DNA of 64,000 nt from Anaerolineales bacterium. GTDB lineage: Bacteria; Chloroflexota; Anaerolineae; Anaerolineales; UBA11579. Of the stretch, positions 1-8,852 are shown in pieces. Numbering within the stretch: the first letter of the stretch is position 1; each line of letters starts with the position of its first letter. The stretch covers positions 52,166 to 116,165 of the forward strand of contig JBBDXR010000014.1 of the NCBI GenBank assembly GCA_040902205.1, in the 5' to 3' direction. A model generated the notes under the pieces. It saw only the letters and a list, made by a program, of their open reading frames with translations, searched no databases and was not told the origin of the DNA. Made by a program: the position numbers and the translations under genes.

Positions 1-1
1 C

Positions 2-1795
2 GCCGGACAAGCCGTACCCACCCGACCCTTTAGCTTCGGCCAGAACAACAATCAATCCGGCGGACAGTCGAGCGGGAATTTCAATCCCACCCGCACCCCG
101 AGCGTGGAGCAGCCACCCACCAGTGACGGCGACAGGATCGGCCTGCCGGCCGCGACTGATTTCGTGGCGGTGCCGGTGGAAATGCAGGTCCCGGCTTCGG
201 CCGAAGGCGAGCAACCGGTCTACATCTATCTGTTCACCCACACTGAGGATCACATCAATCACGAGTTGAGCGAAGAGCGCTACACGCGCCTGGCGCCGGT
301 GGTGGCTGACTTGGCTGCCGACCACCCTGATTCCGGACTGGTGTGGACGATCGAATTCATGGGCGCCGATGCCCAGACCGTGGCCGAGCGCGACCCAACC
401 ACCGGCGTCGCCAGCATGCTGCGCGACTATGCCGATCAGGGTTACATCGATTTCGGTTACCACGCCCACCATGAACCGACCTATATGAATCGCCCTCAAG
501 ACCTGCTGGACGAAAGTAGTACCTGGGCTGAGCTCGTGGAGGCTCTGGATCCCTGGGTGAGCTGCGAGAAGGATCCCCTACGGGGCGGTTGCGTGGCATC
601 CGATGGCGGCGGCTTGTTAGCCGTCGAAGACGATTTTGGGCCTGTCCAGGTGGTATCCGGCTACAGCCTGGAGGAAGGGGATGTGGGCATCACCGGCGGC
701 GCGGGCCGCCATGCGCTGTTGCACCACCTCCCCGATTACATGGTGGCCTTCGGCTTCTCCGACCACAGCCCGGCAAGCCGGGCAGCTGATTTCGATGCGC
801 TGGTCAACCAACTGATGGACATCCTCACGCCCACCTCGGCCAACTCCGAAGGCTTGTTCTGGATGGACGACGCCCTGCGCCTGAACGATGCCGCTGCGGT
901 GGATTCGCTGGGGATGCTGAACCTGGACAATGGGGTCGACTCCGTGCAGCAGACGATGGAGACGATCGAGCGCGACCACACGCAAGTGATGAACGCTGGC
1001 TTTGCCTCCAAATGGATCTATACGGCGCAGGGCAGCTTGAGCCCGACCCAGTATGCCTACGCCCACCCGGACAGCCCCGAGCTGCCGCCGGAGAGCATCA
1101 ATCCGCCTAAAGTGATCGAAAAGAATTACCAGGCCAACATCGCCGCCCTCGATTACCTGGTGACCGATTTCTTGGCGTCCAACCCGGGATCCTCCTTTAT
1201 CGGCAGCGAGGAGCTGTTGGCCCTGGCCGCCCCGGCGAGCTATTGGCAGGTGACCAATGCCGAATTGGACGCCATCGCCCGCTGGCTGCTGCAGGAGTGG
1301 GGCGCCCAGCCGTCGGCCTACGCTTCCGATGGAGTGGAGTTCTACTCGCTGCGCGATGCCACCGGTCTGCTGGCCGGCGCCCTGGCCGAGAATGCCGGCC
1401 GCGGCCTTTTCCCCGCGGAGCAGCAGTTGACCACCTTCTACGGACCGCTGGCAGCCGTGGCCCCCGCCGAAGGCCTGACGCTTTCCGTGACCGAGGTCTA
1501 TCAGATCGCCGACCAGATCAACCGCATCCTGGCGGCCGGCGAGGATCCCTGGCAGGTGACGCCGGGCAATATACTGCCCGGTTCCTTCATGGTCTCCGGA
1601 AGTGAGATCAACGCCTCCCAGGCACTGTACGCCATGGCGCTGGTTTACGCCTCCAGCCACGCCGGTACGCCTGTGGACAGCGTGCCGCTGCCGACCACGC
1701 AGCCGGTGCCGGGTACCTATGCTCTGCTGGATGGTTTGGGCTGCTGGGATTGCTACGATTCAGCCTGGTCGCTCAAACCAGCGACTCTGCATTAA
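2..1795 (+). CDS. Hypothetical acidic protein, possibly a polysaccharide deacetylase-like metalloprotein; 5'-truncated by the window edge
   Basis: The frame is open from base 2 (AGQAVPTRPFSFG...) into the 563-aa ORF. It carries His-rich motifs LFTHTEDH and FGYHAHHEP, reminiscent of NodB/CE4-like barrels. Confidence 0.55.
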   Translation, partial: AGQAVPTRPFSFGQNNNQSGGQSSGNFNPTRTPSVEQPPTSDGDRIGLPAATDFVAVPVEMQVPASAEGEQPVYIYLFTHTEDHINHELSEERYTRLAPVVADLAADHPDSGLVWTIEFMGADAQTVAERDPTTGVASMLRDYADQGYIDFGYHAHHEPTYMNRPQDLLDESSTWAELVEALDPWVSCEKDPLRGGCVASDGGGLLAVEDDFGPVQVVSGYSLEEGDVGITGGAGRHALLHHLPDYMVAFGFSDHSPASRAADFDALVNQLMDILTPTSANSEGLFWMDDALRLNDAAAVDSLGMLNLDNGVDSVQQTMETIERDHTQVMNAGFASKWIYTAQGSLSPTQYAYAHPDSPELPPESINPPKVIEKNYQANIAALDYLVTDFLASNPGSSFIGSEELLALAAPASYWQVTNAELDAIARWLLQEWGAQPSAYASDGVEFYSLRDATGLLAGALAENAGRGLFPAEQQLTTFYGPLAAVAPAEGLTLSVTEVYQIADQINRILAAGEDPWQVTPGNILPGSFMVSGSEINASQALYAMALVYASSHAGTPVDSVPLPTTQPVPGTYALLDGLGCWDCYDSAWSLKPATLH

Positions 1796-1802
1796 ACGCC
1801 AA

Positions 1803-1840
1803 CCCTCACCTTTACCCCCTCTCCCGTAACGGGAGAGGGG
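1803..1840. repeat. REP-like palindrome (CCCCTCTCCC...GGGAGAGGGG family), possibly also a terminator
   Basis: ccctcacctttaccccctctcccgtaacgggagagggg lies between convergent genes. A related copy is at 26218-26254. Confidence 0.7.
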
Positions 1841-1860
1841 AACTCCTTTTATCATTGAAT

Positions 1861-2250
1861 TTACGTATGCAGCAAGAACACGTTTCCGTCAGGATCGGAG
1901 AACTGGGCTTCCTGGTCACCTTCCCCTTTTCCGTACTCGTGGCGTATTAGCTCCTTTGCAAAAAGGACCCCGCGCGCCTTAAGCTCATCGTACGTGGCTC
2001 CAATGTCCAGCGCAGTGAAAACCATGCCGCTGGCAGAACCGATGCGCGGGTTCCCCGGCTTGGCCACACATAGCGCGATCTGGGTCGCCAGATCATCTTT
2101 GCTGGCTGCTTCGGGAAGCAACCATATGAGGTGGGTTTCGCCATCGTTGAATTCGGCCAAGTTCACAAACCCAAGTTTATTCGTATAAAAATCCAGAGCG
2201 CGCTGCATATCACTTACGTAGATAGTGACCATTTGCAGATTTGTGATCAT
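1861..2250 (-). CDS. VOC/glyoxalase family protein
   Basis: Motifs VTIYVSDMQRALDFYTNKLGF and AQFSDPDGNVFLL. Confidence 0.9.
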   Translation of the reverse strand: MITNLQMVTIYVSDMQRALDFYTNKLGFVNLAEFNDGETHLIWLLPEAASKDDLATQIALCVAKPGNPRIGSASGMVFTALDIGATYDELKARGVLFAKELIRHEYGKGEGDQEAQFSDPDGNVFLLHT

Positions 2251-2296
2251 CTTCGGCCTCCAAAGGTGGCTTCACGGTATTGTACAATCCTTCCTT

Positions 2297-3718
2297 ATGA
2301 TCGACCTTTTCGACCACGCGCTCAAGCAGCGCCTGACCAGCGAGGCGCCGCTGGCTGCCCGCATGCGCCCGCGCCGCCTCGACGAATACATCGGCCAGGA
2401 TGACATCGTGGGCGAAGGGCGCTTGCTGCGCCGCGCCATCGAGGCCGATCGCCTCTTCTCCTCCATCATTCTGTGGGGTCCGCCCGGCTCCGGCAAAACC
2501 ACCCTGGCCATGGTCATCGCCAACCACACCCAGTCCCACTTCGAGATCCTCTCGGCGGTCATGGCCGGCAAGGCCGACCTGGTGGCCGTGCTCGCCGCGG
2601 CCAAGGAACGCCGCAAGCTGCACAATACGCGCACCATCCTCTTCGTCGACGAGGTGCATCGCTGGAACAAGGCCCAGCAAGACGGGCTGCTTCCCCATGT
2701 TGAAAATGGCACCATCATCCTCATCGGCGCCACCACCGAGAATCCCTATTTCGAAGTCATCGGCGCCCTGGTCTCCCGCTCGCGCGTCTTCCAATTGCGC
2801 CCGCTGAGCGACCAGAACGTGCGCCACATCCTTGAACAGGCCCTGGCCGACAAAGAGCGCGGCTACGGCAACCGGCGCATTGAGCTTGACGAAGATGCCG
2901 TAAAGCACATTATCCATATCGCTGGCGGCGACGCGCGTAACGCGCTTAATGCCCTCGAGCTGGCCGTGGAATCCACACCGCCCGCCAAAGATGGCGCTAT
3001 TCACGTGACCCTGGCCGTCGCCCAGGAATCCATCCAACGCCGCGCTGTGCTCTATGACAAGGACGGCGACGCGCATTATGACACCATCTCGGCTTTCATC
3101 AAATCCGTGCGCGGCTCGGACCCGGACGCGGCGCTCTACTGGCTGGCCAAGATGCTTTACGCCGGCGAGGACCCGCGCTACATCCTGCGCCGCCTCATCG
3201 TCCTGGCTGGCGAGGACATCGGCCTGGGCGACCCAATGGGCCTGGTGGTGGCTAACGCCGCGGCGCAGGCCTTCGATTACATCGGCCTGCCCGAAGGCGT
3301 GTACCCCATCGTGCACGCCACGCTGTATCTCTCCACGGCCCCCAAATCCAACACGGCCGGCGCCTATTTCTCCGCTTACCAGAAGATCGAGGCCGATGGC
3401 CTGGTGGAAGTGCCCGACCCGCTGAAGGACGAGAACCGCGATGCCAAAGCGCTGGGCCACGGCAAAGGCTACATCTACCCCCACAGCGAGCCCGAGCACT
3501 TCGCCCCACAGCAGTATCTTCCCAAGGTCCTTCTCGGCACCTACTTCTACAATCCGTCCGAACAGGGATACGAAGCCGAAGTGAAAGACCGCCTGGCCCG
3601 CTGGCGCGAGGCCCAGCGCAAAGCGCTGGGCATCACGACCACTGTCGAAGTCCCCGCCCTCGACACGGATACCATCGACCAATTAAGGAGCCGCCACAAA
3701 GCCGGCGGAACGCGTTAG
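2297..3718 (+). CDS. rarA: Replication-associated recombination protein A (RarA/MgsA AAA+ ATPase)
   Basis: PLAARMRPRRLDEYIGQ, Walker A GPPGSGKT, FVDEVHRWNKAQQD, GATTENPYF, SAFIKSVRGSDPDA. Start placed at ATG 2297, after TACAAT. Confidence 0.95.
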   Translation: MIDLFDHALKQRLTSEAPLAARMRPRRLDEYIGQDDIVGEGRLLRRAIEADRLFSSIILWGPPGSGKTTLAMVIANHTQSHFEILSAVMAGKADLVAVLAAAKERRKLHNTRTILFVDEVHRWNKAQQDGLLPHVENGTIILIGATTENPYFEVIGALVSRSRVFQLRPLSDQNVRHILEQALADKERGYGNRRIELDEDAVKHIIHIAGGDARNALNALELAVESTPPAKDGAIHVTLAVAQESIQRRAVLYDKDGDAHYDTISAFIKSVRGSDPDAALYWLAKMLYAGEDPRYILRRLIVLAGEDIGLGDPMGLVVANAAAQAFDYIGLPEGVYPIVHATLYLSTAPKSNTAGAYFSAYQKIEADGLVEVPDPLKDENRDAKALGHGKGYIYPHSEPEHFAPQQYLPKVLLGTYFYNPSEQGYEAEVKDRLARWREAQRKALGITTTVEVPALDTDTIDQLRSRHKAGGTR

Positions 3719-3720
3719 CC

Positions 3721-4341
3721 ATGCCCACCGTCCTGCTCATCCGTCACGGCGAGAACGAGTACACGCGCACCCAGCGTCTCGCTGGCCGCCTGCCGAACGC
3801 CCACCTCAACGAACGCGGCCTTGCCCAGGCTGCGGCCCTTGCAGATGTCTTGAGGGGCTTGCCCCTCAAGGCTATCTACAGCAGCCCGCTAGAGCGCGCT
3901 ATGGAAACTGCGCAGCCCATCGCCAAGGCGCATGGACTGCGCGTGCAAAAGCGCCCTGGCCTCATCGAGACCGACCTCGGCTCCTGGCAGGGGCAAAGCA
4001 TCCGCAAGCTGCAGCGCAACAAAGAATGGAAGTTGCTGCAAGAGCATCCCTCCCGCTTCCGCTTCCCGGGCGGCGAATGGATGGCCGAGCAGCAGGGCCG
4101 CCTGGTGAGCGAGATCGAAAGTATTTGCGCGACCCATAATCCCAAGGACCTCATCGCCTGCGTCGGACACGCCGACCCGATCAAATTGATCATCGCGCAT
4201 TACATCGGCATGCCCTTGGATCTGTTCCAGCGATTGGGCATTGACACAGCCTCAGTAAGCACTCTGGTTTTAGATAAAGGCCGCGCTAAATTGACCAACC
4301 TGAATTTGAAGCCGGAAAAAATGGGCAATAAGCCCGTCTGA
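3721..4341 (+). CDS. Histidine phosphatase family protein (MSMEG_4193-like phosphomutase)
   Basis: LIRHG, YSSPLERAMETA and GHADPIK motifs; clustered with DUF3090 and SCO1664. Confidence 0.88.
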   Translation: MPTVLLIRHGENEYTRTQRLAGRLPNAHLNERGLAQAAALADVLRGLPLKAIYSSPLERAMETAQPIAKAHGLRVQKRPGLIETDLGSWQGQSIRKLQRNKEWKLLQEHPSRFRFPGGEWMAEQQGRLVSEIESICATHNPKDLIACVGHADPIKLIIAHYIGMPLDLFQRLGIDTASVSTLVLDKGRAKLTNLNLKPEKMGNKPV

Positions 4342-4375
4342 TATACTAATTTAGCCTTTCTTTAAGGAGAACCCA

Positions 4376-4585
4376 ATGGCCAAACGTACATTGTCGGCTG
4401 TAATCCACCAGGAAGATGATTTGTATGTGGCCGAGTGTCCTGAAGTAGGTACTGTCAGCCAGGGAAAATCTTTTGAAGAAGCGCTGAAAAATCTGCGTGA
4501 AGCCACAGAACTATACCTGGAGGAATTCTCCACGCCCGAATCCGGTCGAACCATTTTGACAACATTCGATACCTCCCATGCCTAA
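4376..4585 (+). CDS. hicB: HicB-family antitoxin
   Basis: YVAECPEVGTVSQGKSFEEALKNLREATELYL; RBS AAGGAG upstream. Confidence 0.88.
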   Translation: MAKRTLSAVIHQEDDLYVAECPEVGTVSQGKSFEEALKNLREATELYLEEFSTPESGRTILTTFDTSHA

Positions 4586-4806
4586 ATTGCGTTGCGTTTT
4601 CCGGACGCGATGCAATCAAAGCGCTGGAACGCATGGGGTTTGTTCAGATAAGACAACGCGGCAGCCATGTGGTGTTAAGGAAAGACATTAGCACGGGATC
4701 GATCGGTTGTGTGGTTCCACTACATGCCGAGCCTGCTCTTGGCACCTTGCGAGGAATTCTCCGACAAGCAGGCGTATCGCCAGACGAATTCATGGATCAG
4801 GTCTAG
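4578..4806 (+). pseudogene. hicA: HicA-family mRNA interferase toxin with a +1 frameshift (absent from the ORF track)
   Basis: ATG 4578 overlaps the hicB stop. Removing one T from the T4 run at 4597-4600 gives MPKLRCVSGRDAIKALERMGFVQIRQRGSHVVLRK...VVPLHAEPALGTLRGILRQAGVSPDEFMDQV*. Confidence 0.82.
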
Positions 4807-4811
4807 ATTTC

Positions 4812-5345
4812 ATGGCAAAATCCAAAGCGATTGAATTGCGCCCCGTGGGGCACATAACCACCGACGCGATCGGCCCATCCGGCAAGCGCGTTTTCTACAT
4901 TCAGGCTTGGAAAGAGGACCGCACCATCACCCTGATCTGCGAAAAGACGCAGATCCAAAGCCTGGCCGTGGGCGTCGAGCAATTCCTTGCGGACGTGAAC
5001 ACCAAGCACGCCGACCTGCCGGATGCCTCCGCCGACTACGACGAAGACCAGATGCGCCTGCACCCGCCGCTCGACCCGTTGTTCCGCATCGGGCAGCTGG
5101 GCCTCGGCTACGACCCTGACACGGACCTGGTGGCCCTGGAGCTGCGCGAACTGGCCGAAGGCGAGGACCAGCCCGCGGAAGACCTGCGCATCGTGCGCTT
5201 CTGGTGCTCGCGCTCCCAGATCCGCGCCATGGCTAACTGGGGACTGGAGCTCGCCTCGCGCGGCCGGCCGTTATGCCCGCAGTGCGGCCAGCCCATGGAA
5301 CCTGAAGGCCATTTCTGCGCCAAGAAGAATGGGCATAAACATTGA
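4812..5345 (+). CDS. DUF3090 family protein with C-terminal CPxC...H-C zinc-ribbon motif
   Basis: AIGPSGKRVFYIQA, EKTQ, PLFRIGQLGLGYD, GRPLCPQCGQPMEPEGHFC. Confidence 0.88.
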   Translation: MAKSKAIELRPVGHITTDAIGPSGKRVFYIQAWKEDRTITLICEKTQIQSLAVGVEQFLADVNTKHADLPDASADYDEDQMRLHPPLDPLFRIGQLGLGYDPDTDLVALELRELAEGEDQPAEDLRIVRFWCSRSQIRAMANWGLELASRGRPLCPQCGQPMEPEGHFCAKKNGHKH

Positions 5346-5351
5346 GAAGCA

Positions 5352-5414
5352 GTCAACTGGTCAACTAGTCGATTGGCGGTTTTGCTTTCCTAATTGACTA
5401 ATCGACCAATTGAC
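5352..5414. repeat. Inverted array of 8-bp repeats
   Basis: gtcaactg-gtcaacta-gtcgattg, spacer, then taattgac-taatcgac-caattgac. Confidence 0.8.
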
Positions 5415-5427
5415 TTGTCATTCGCCC

Positions 5428-6144
5428 ATGAACAAGACTTACACCCTCACCCTTCTTCGCACCGGGAAACTCGACGTCCTAGGCCAGTTCACCTGGGGCT
5501 CCAACTACACCTTCCTGGTGAAAGTCATCAGCAACGAGGGCAGCCTGGAAGCGGTCTACAAACCGCAGCGCGGCGAACGCCCGCTGTGGGATTTTCCCGC
5601 CGAGACGCTGGCCGGCCGCGAGGTGGCTGCCTTCCTGGTCAGCGAGGCCTTGGGCTGGGATCTAGTGCCGCCCACCGTTTTCCGCCAGGATGGACCCCTT
5701 GGCCCTGGCTCCCTGCAGCTGCGCGTGCCGCATAACCCCGATCTGCACTATTTCAACTTTGGCCAAAAGACGCTGGAACAATTGCGCCAGCCTGCCCTCT
5801 TCGATCTGATCGTGAACAACGCCGACCGCAAGGGCGGCCATGTCCTCCTGGGTGATCAGGGCAAGATCTGGCTGATCGACCACGGCATCAGTTTCCACGC
5901 CGAGTCCAAATTGCGCACCGTGATCTGGGATTTCGCCGGCGAGGAACTCCCCCCACAGTTGCTCGATGACATGCAGCGACTGCGTGACCAATTGAGGGCG
6001 GGCGGCCTGCAGCAGGAATTAGCGCGCTACCTGAGCGCCGAAGAGCTGGCTGCCCTGGATGAGCGGCTCGAAGTTCTGCTCACCAGGCCGCACTTCCCCG
6101 CCCCACCCGAAGACGAGCGCGTCACCCCCTGGCCTTTGGTGTAA
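5428..6144 (+). CDS. SCO1664 family protein (PI3/PI4-kinase-like)
   Basis: SNYTFL, AVYKPQRGERPLWDFP, REVAA, NNADRKGGH, IDHGISFH, PWPLV. Confidence 0.9.
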   Translation: MNKTYTLTLLRTGKLDVLGQFTWGSNYTFLVKVISNEGSLEAVYKPQRGERPLWDFPAETLAGREVAAFLVSEALGWDLVPPTVFRQDGPLGPGSLQLRVPHNPDLHYFNFGQKTLEQLRQPALFDLIVNNADRKGGHVLLGDQGKIWLIDHGISFHAESKLRTVIWDFAGEELPPQLLDDMQRLRDQLRAGGLQQELARYLSAEELAALDERLEVLLTRPHFPAPPEDERVTPWPLV

Positions 6145-6177
6145 GCAAAAAGACCCACAACTAAGTAGAATCCCCAC

Positions 6178-6301
6178 ATGAAACGGTGGCATGTTCTGTG
6201 CAGTGCCGCGCACCGCGTGGGAAAAGCTACTCGGCTATCGCCGAGTAACGCTCCTCCCCGCAGGCAAGGACCCATACGCATATGAAACGGTGGCAGTTCT
6301 G
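6178..6301 (+). repeat. Direct duplication of a gene start flanking an ~80-bp imperfect palindrome
   Basis: atgaaacggtggca(t)gttctg occurs at 6178 and 6282, with the inner hairpin tactcggc-tatc-gccgagta between the copies. Confidence 0.75.
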
Positions 6302-7289
6302 GCTTGGCCTGCTCATCTCAGTCTTCTTCCTTTGGCTGGTGCTGAAGGACCTGGACTTCGCCGCCTTCTGGGCCGAAGTGCAGGCCGCCAACTACTGGTG
6401 GTTGATCCCCGGCGTGGCGGTGTACTTCCTGGCGGTGTACGCCAGAGCCTGGCGCTGGCATTACCTGCTGCGCCCGCTGAAAGCCATCCCCACCCGCCGT
6501 ATGTTCCCCATCGTCGCCATCGGCTACATGGGCAATAACATCTACCCGGCCCGCGCCGGCGAGGTGCTGCGCGCCGTGGTGCTGAAGCGCAAGGAAGGCG
6601 TGCCCGTTTCGGCTTCGCTGGCCACGGTCATCGTGGAGCGCATCTTCGACGGCGTGGTGATGCTGGGTTTCATCTTCATCAACCTCAACGAGCTGGCCCG
6701 CCTCTCCGGGGGCTCCGGTGTGGTCGCTGGGCTAAGCATCCAGCAGATCGCATTCTGGGGCAGCCTGGTGTTCTTCGGTGCGCTGCTGGTCTTCCTGGCC
6801 GCCGCCATGTTCCCTACTGTGAGCGAAAAGCTTCTTGGGTGGTTCGTGGCGCATCTTGTACCTGAACGCTTTCGCTCACAGTTTCTCGAAGTCGGCAACC
6901 GTTTCCTCGGCGGCCTGGAGTCGCTGCGCTCACCGCTCGAGATCCTGATGGTCTTCGTCACCTCCGTGGTCATCTGGCTGCTGGAGACCGGCAAATATTG
7001 GTTCGTCATGCACGCCTTCAACTTCGAGGTCAGCTTCTTTGCGCTGATGCTGATGAACGGCGTGGTCAACCTGGCCACCACCATCCCCTCCGCGCCCGGC
7101 TACGTGGGCACCTTCGACGCGCCGGGCATCGCGGTGCTCGAGGCCTACGGCATCCCTCGCCCGCTGGCCAGCTCCTATACTTTCGTCTTGCACATCGCCC
7201 TGTGGCTGCCGATCACCGTGCTGGGCGCCTACTACCTAGCGCGCGAAGGCATCAAGTGGGGCGAAGTGCCGAAAGAGTCCGCCGCATGA
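6282..7289 (+). CDS. Lysylphosphatidylglycerol synthase TM / flippase-like (UPF0104) membrane protein
   Basis: RAWRWHYLL, GNNIYPARAGEVLRA, VERIFD, IPSAPGYVGTFD; multi-TM. Confidence 0.88.
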   Translation: MKRWQFWLGLLISVFFLWLVLKDLDFAAFWAEVQAANYWWLIPGVAVYFLAVYARAWRWHYLLRPLKAIPTRRMFPIVAIGYMGNNIYPARAGEVLRAVVLKRKEGVPVSASLATVIVERIFDGVVMLGFIFINLNELARLSGGSGVVAGLSIQQIAFWGSLVFFGALLVFLAAAMFPTVSEKLLGWFVAHLVPERFRSQFLEVGNRFLGGLESLRSPLEILMVFVTSVVIWLLETGKYWFVMHAFNFEVSFFALMLMNGVVNLATTIPSAPGYVGTFDAPGIAVLEAYGIPRPLASSYTFVLHIALWLPITVLGAYYLAREGIKWGEVPKESAA

Positions 7290-8581
7290 AGATCGCCATC
7301 ATCGGCGCCGGCTTCGGGGGCATGGCCGCGGCCTACGACCTGGCCAAGGCCGGCCATCAAGTCACCATCTACGAGGCCGCGGCGCAAGTCGGCGGGCTGG
7401 CCGCCGGCTTCAAGCAACCCAACTGGGACTGGTGGGTGGAAAAGTTCTATCACCACTGGTTCGCCTCCGATAAACACATGCTCGGCCTCATCGCCGAACT
7501 GGGCTGGAGCGACCAGGTGCTCTTCCCGCGGCCCTACACGGTTATGTTCCACGGCGGCCGCTTCTACCCCTTCGACTCGATCCCCGCGGCGATCATGTTC
7601 CCCGGCCTCGGCTGGGGGCTGGACAAGATCCGCTTCGGCCTGGTCGGCCTCTACTTGCGGCTCACTAACAATTGGCGCCCACTGGAGAAGACCACCGTGG
7701 ACGCCTGGATGCGCCGCTGGGCCGGCGACCGCGTTTACGAGCGCATGTGGCTGCCCTTGGTCGAGGGCAAGTTCGGGCCGCACGCCCGCGAGGTGAACAT
7801 GGCCTGGCTCTGGGCGCGCATCAAAGCGCGCACCACGCGGCTGGGCACTTTCGCCGGCGGCTTCCAGGCCTTCGCCGATAAGTTCGCGGCAAGGCTGCGC
7901 GAGATGGGCGTCTCTTTCGAAATGAACACCAGTATCAGCGGTCTGGAGGTCTCGAAGTCGGGAAGTCTCGACGTCAAGACTTCGGGACCTCAGGACGTCC
8001 AGACCTTCGACCAAGTGTTGGTCACCACGTCGCCTTCTTTGCTGGCCAAGCTGGCGCCGGGGCTGCCCGCCGAGTATTTGCGCGGCTTGCTGGAACTCAA
8101 GAGCATGGGCGCGGTGGTGATGACCCTGGTGCTGGACCGGCAGCTTTCCAAGCGGGGCTACTATTGGTTCAACATCCCCAAGAGCGCCGGTTTCCCCTTC
8201 CTGGCACTGGTGGAGCACACCAACTACCTCTCGCCCGAACATTTCGGCGGCGATCACATCATCTATTGCGGCGATTATTTGGAGGCGGGACACGAATATT
8301 TCGCGCTCAGCGATGAACAATTGCTGCAGCGCTTTATCCCCGGCATCCAGCGCATCAACCCACACTTCCAGCCCGGCTGGGTGAAGGCTGCCATCGTGCA
8401 CAAGACGCCTTACGCCCAGCCCGTCCCGCTGGTGAACCACTCGCAGAACATTCCCAGCATCCGCACGCCTATCCCCGGCCTGTATTTCGCTTCCATGTCC
8501 CAGGTGTATCCCTGGGACCGCGGCACCAATTTTGCCGTGGAGATCGGCCGCAAAGCGGCGGGGATGATGTTGGAGGGGTAG
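7286..8581 (+). CDS. NAD(P)/FAD-dependent oxidoreductase (amine oxidase / protoporphyrinogen oxidase-like)
   Basis: MKIAIIGAGFGGMAAA dinucleotide-binding motif, EKFYHHWF, QVYPWDRGTNFAV; ATGA overlap with the upstream gene. Confidence 0.88.
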   Translation: MKIAIIGAGFGGMAAAYDLAKAGHQVTIYEAAAQVGGLAAGFKQPNWDWWVEKFYHHWFASDKHMLGLIAELGWSDQVLFPRPYTVMFHGGRFYPFDSIPAAIMFPGLGWGLDKIRFGLVGLYLRLTNNWRPLEKTTVDAWMRRWAGDRVYERMWLPLVEGKFGPHAREVNMAWLWARIKARTTRLGTFAGGFQAFADKFAARLREMGVSFEMNTSISGLEVSKSGSLDVKTSGPQDVQTFDQVLVTTSPSLLAKLAPGLPAEYLRGLLELKSMGAVVMTLVLDRQLSKRGYYWFNIPKSAGFPFLALVEHTNYLSPEHFGGDHIIYCGDYLEAGHEYFALSDEQLLQRFIPGIQRINPHFQPGWVKAAIVHKTPYAQPVPLVNHSQNIPSIRTPIPGLYFASMSQVYPWDRGTNFAVEIGRKAAGMMLEG

Positions 8582-8695
8582 CACCGCGGATCAAATCCCA
8601 TTCGCACGAATGTTCGCTTTTCCTTGGCAGGGCCGTATCAAAAACGCGGCGGCTTCGTTATAAACCCTGTAATTAATCCGATCAAGGAGGTAACC

Positions 8696-8836
8696 ATGGA
8701 AAAAGGCGAAGGCAGCGGCAGCACCGCCATTGTGGCCATTTTTGTGATTTTGGTCATTGCAGTTGGCGTCTATTTCTTGTTCTTTGCCAACCAGGGCGGC
8801 GGTGGCAACATCGTCATCCCCATCCCTACGCCTTAA
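8696..8836 (+). CDS. Small single-pass membrane protein (46 aa)
   Basis: Strong RBS AAGGAGG, one hydrophobic helix, followed by an intrinsic terminator. Confidence 0.7.
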   Translation: MEKGEGSGSTAIVAIFVILVIAVGVYFLFFANQGGGGNIVIPIPTP

Positions 8837-8852
8837 TCAGGCATCACAGAGG

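Noticed and set aside
2210-3682. Long antisense ORFs (490 aa here; also 7232-8584, 10921-12372, 22033-23355, 58520-60076, 62784-63965)
   Set aside because: They are shadows of well-supported genes on the opposite strand, expected in high-GC DNA, and show no motifs.
8603-8616. LexA-like box CGCAC-GAAT-GTTCG, and a weaker one before pcrA
   Set aside because: One or two mismatches to GAAC-N4-GTTC, within chance expectation.
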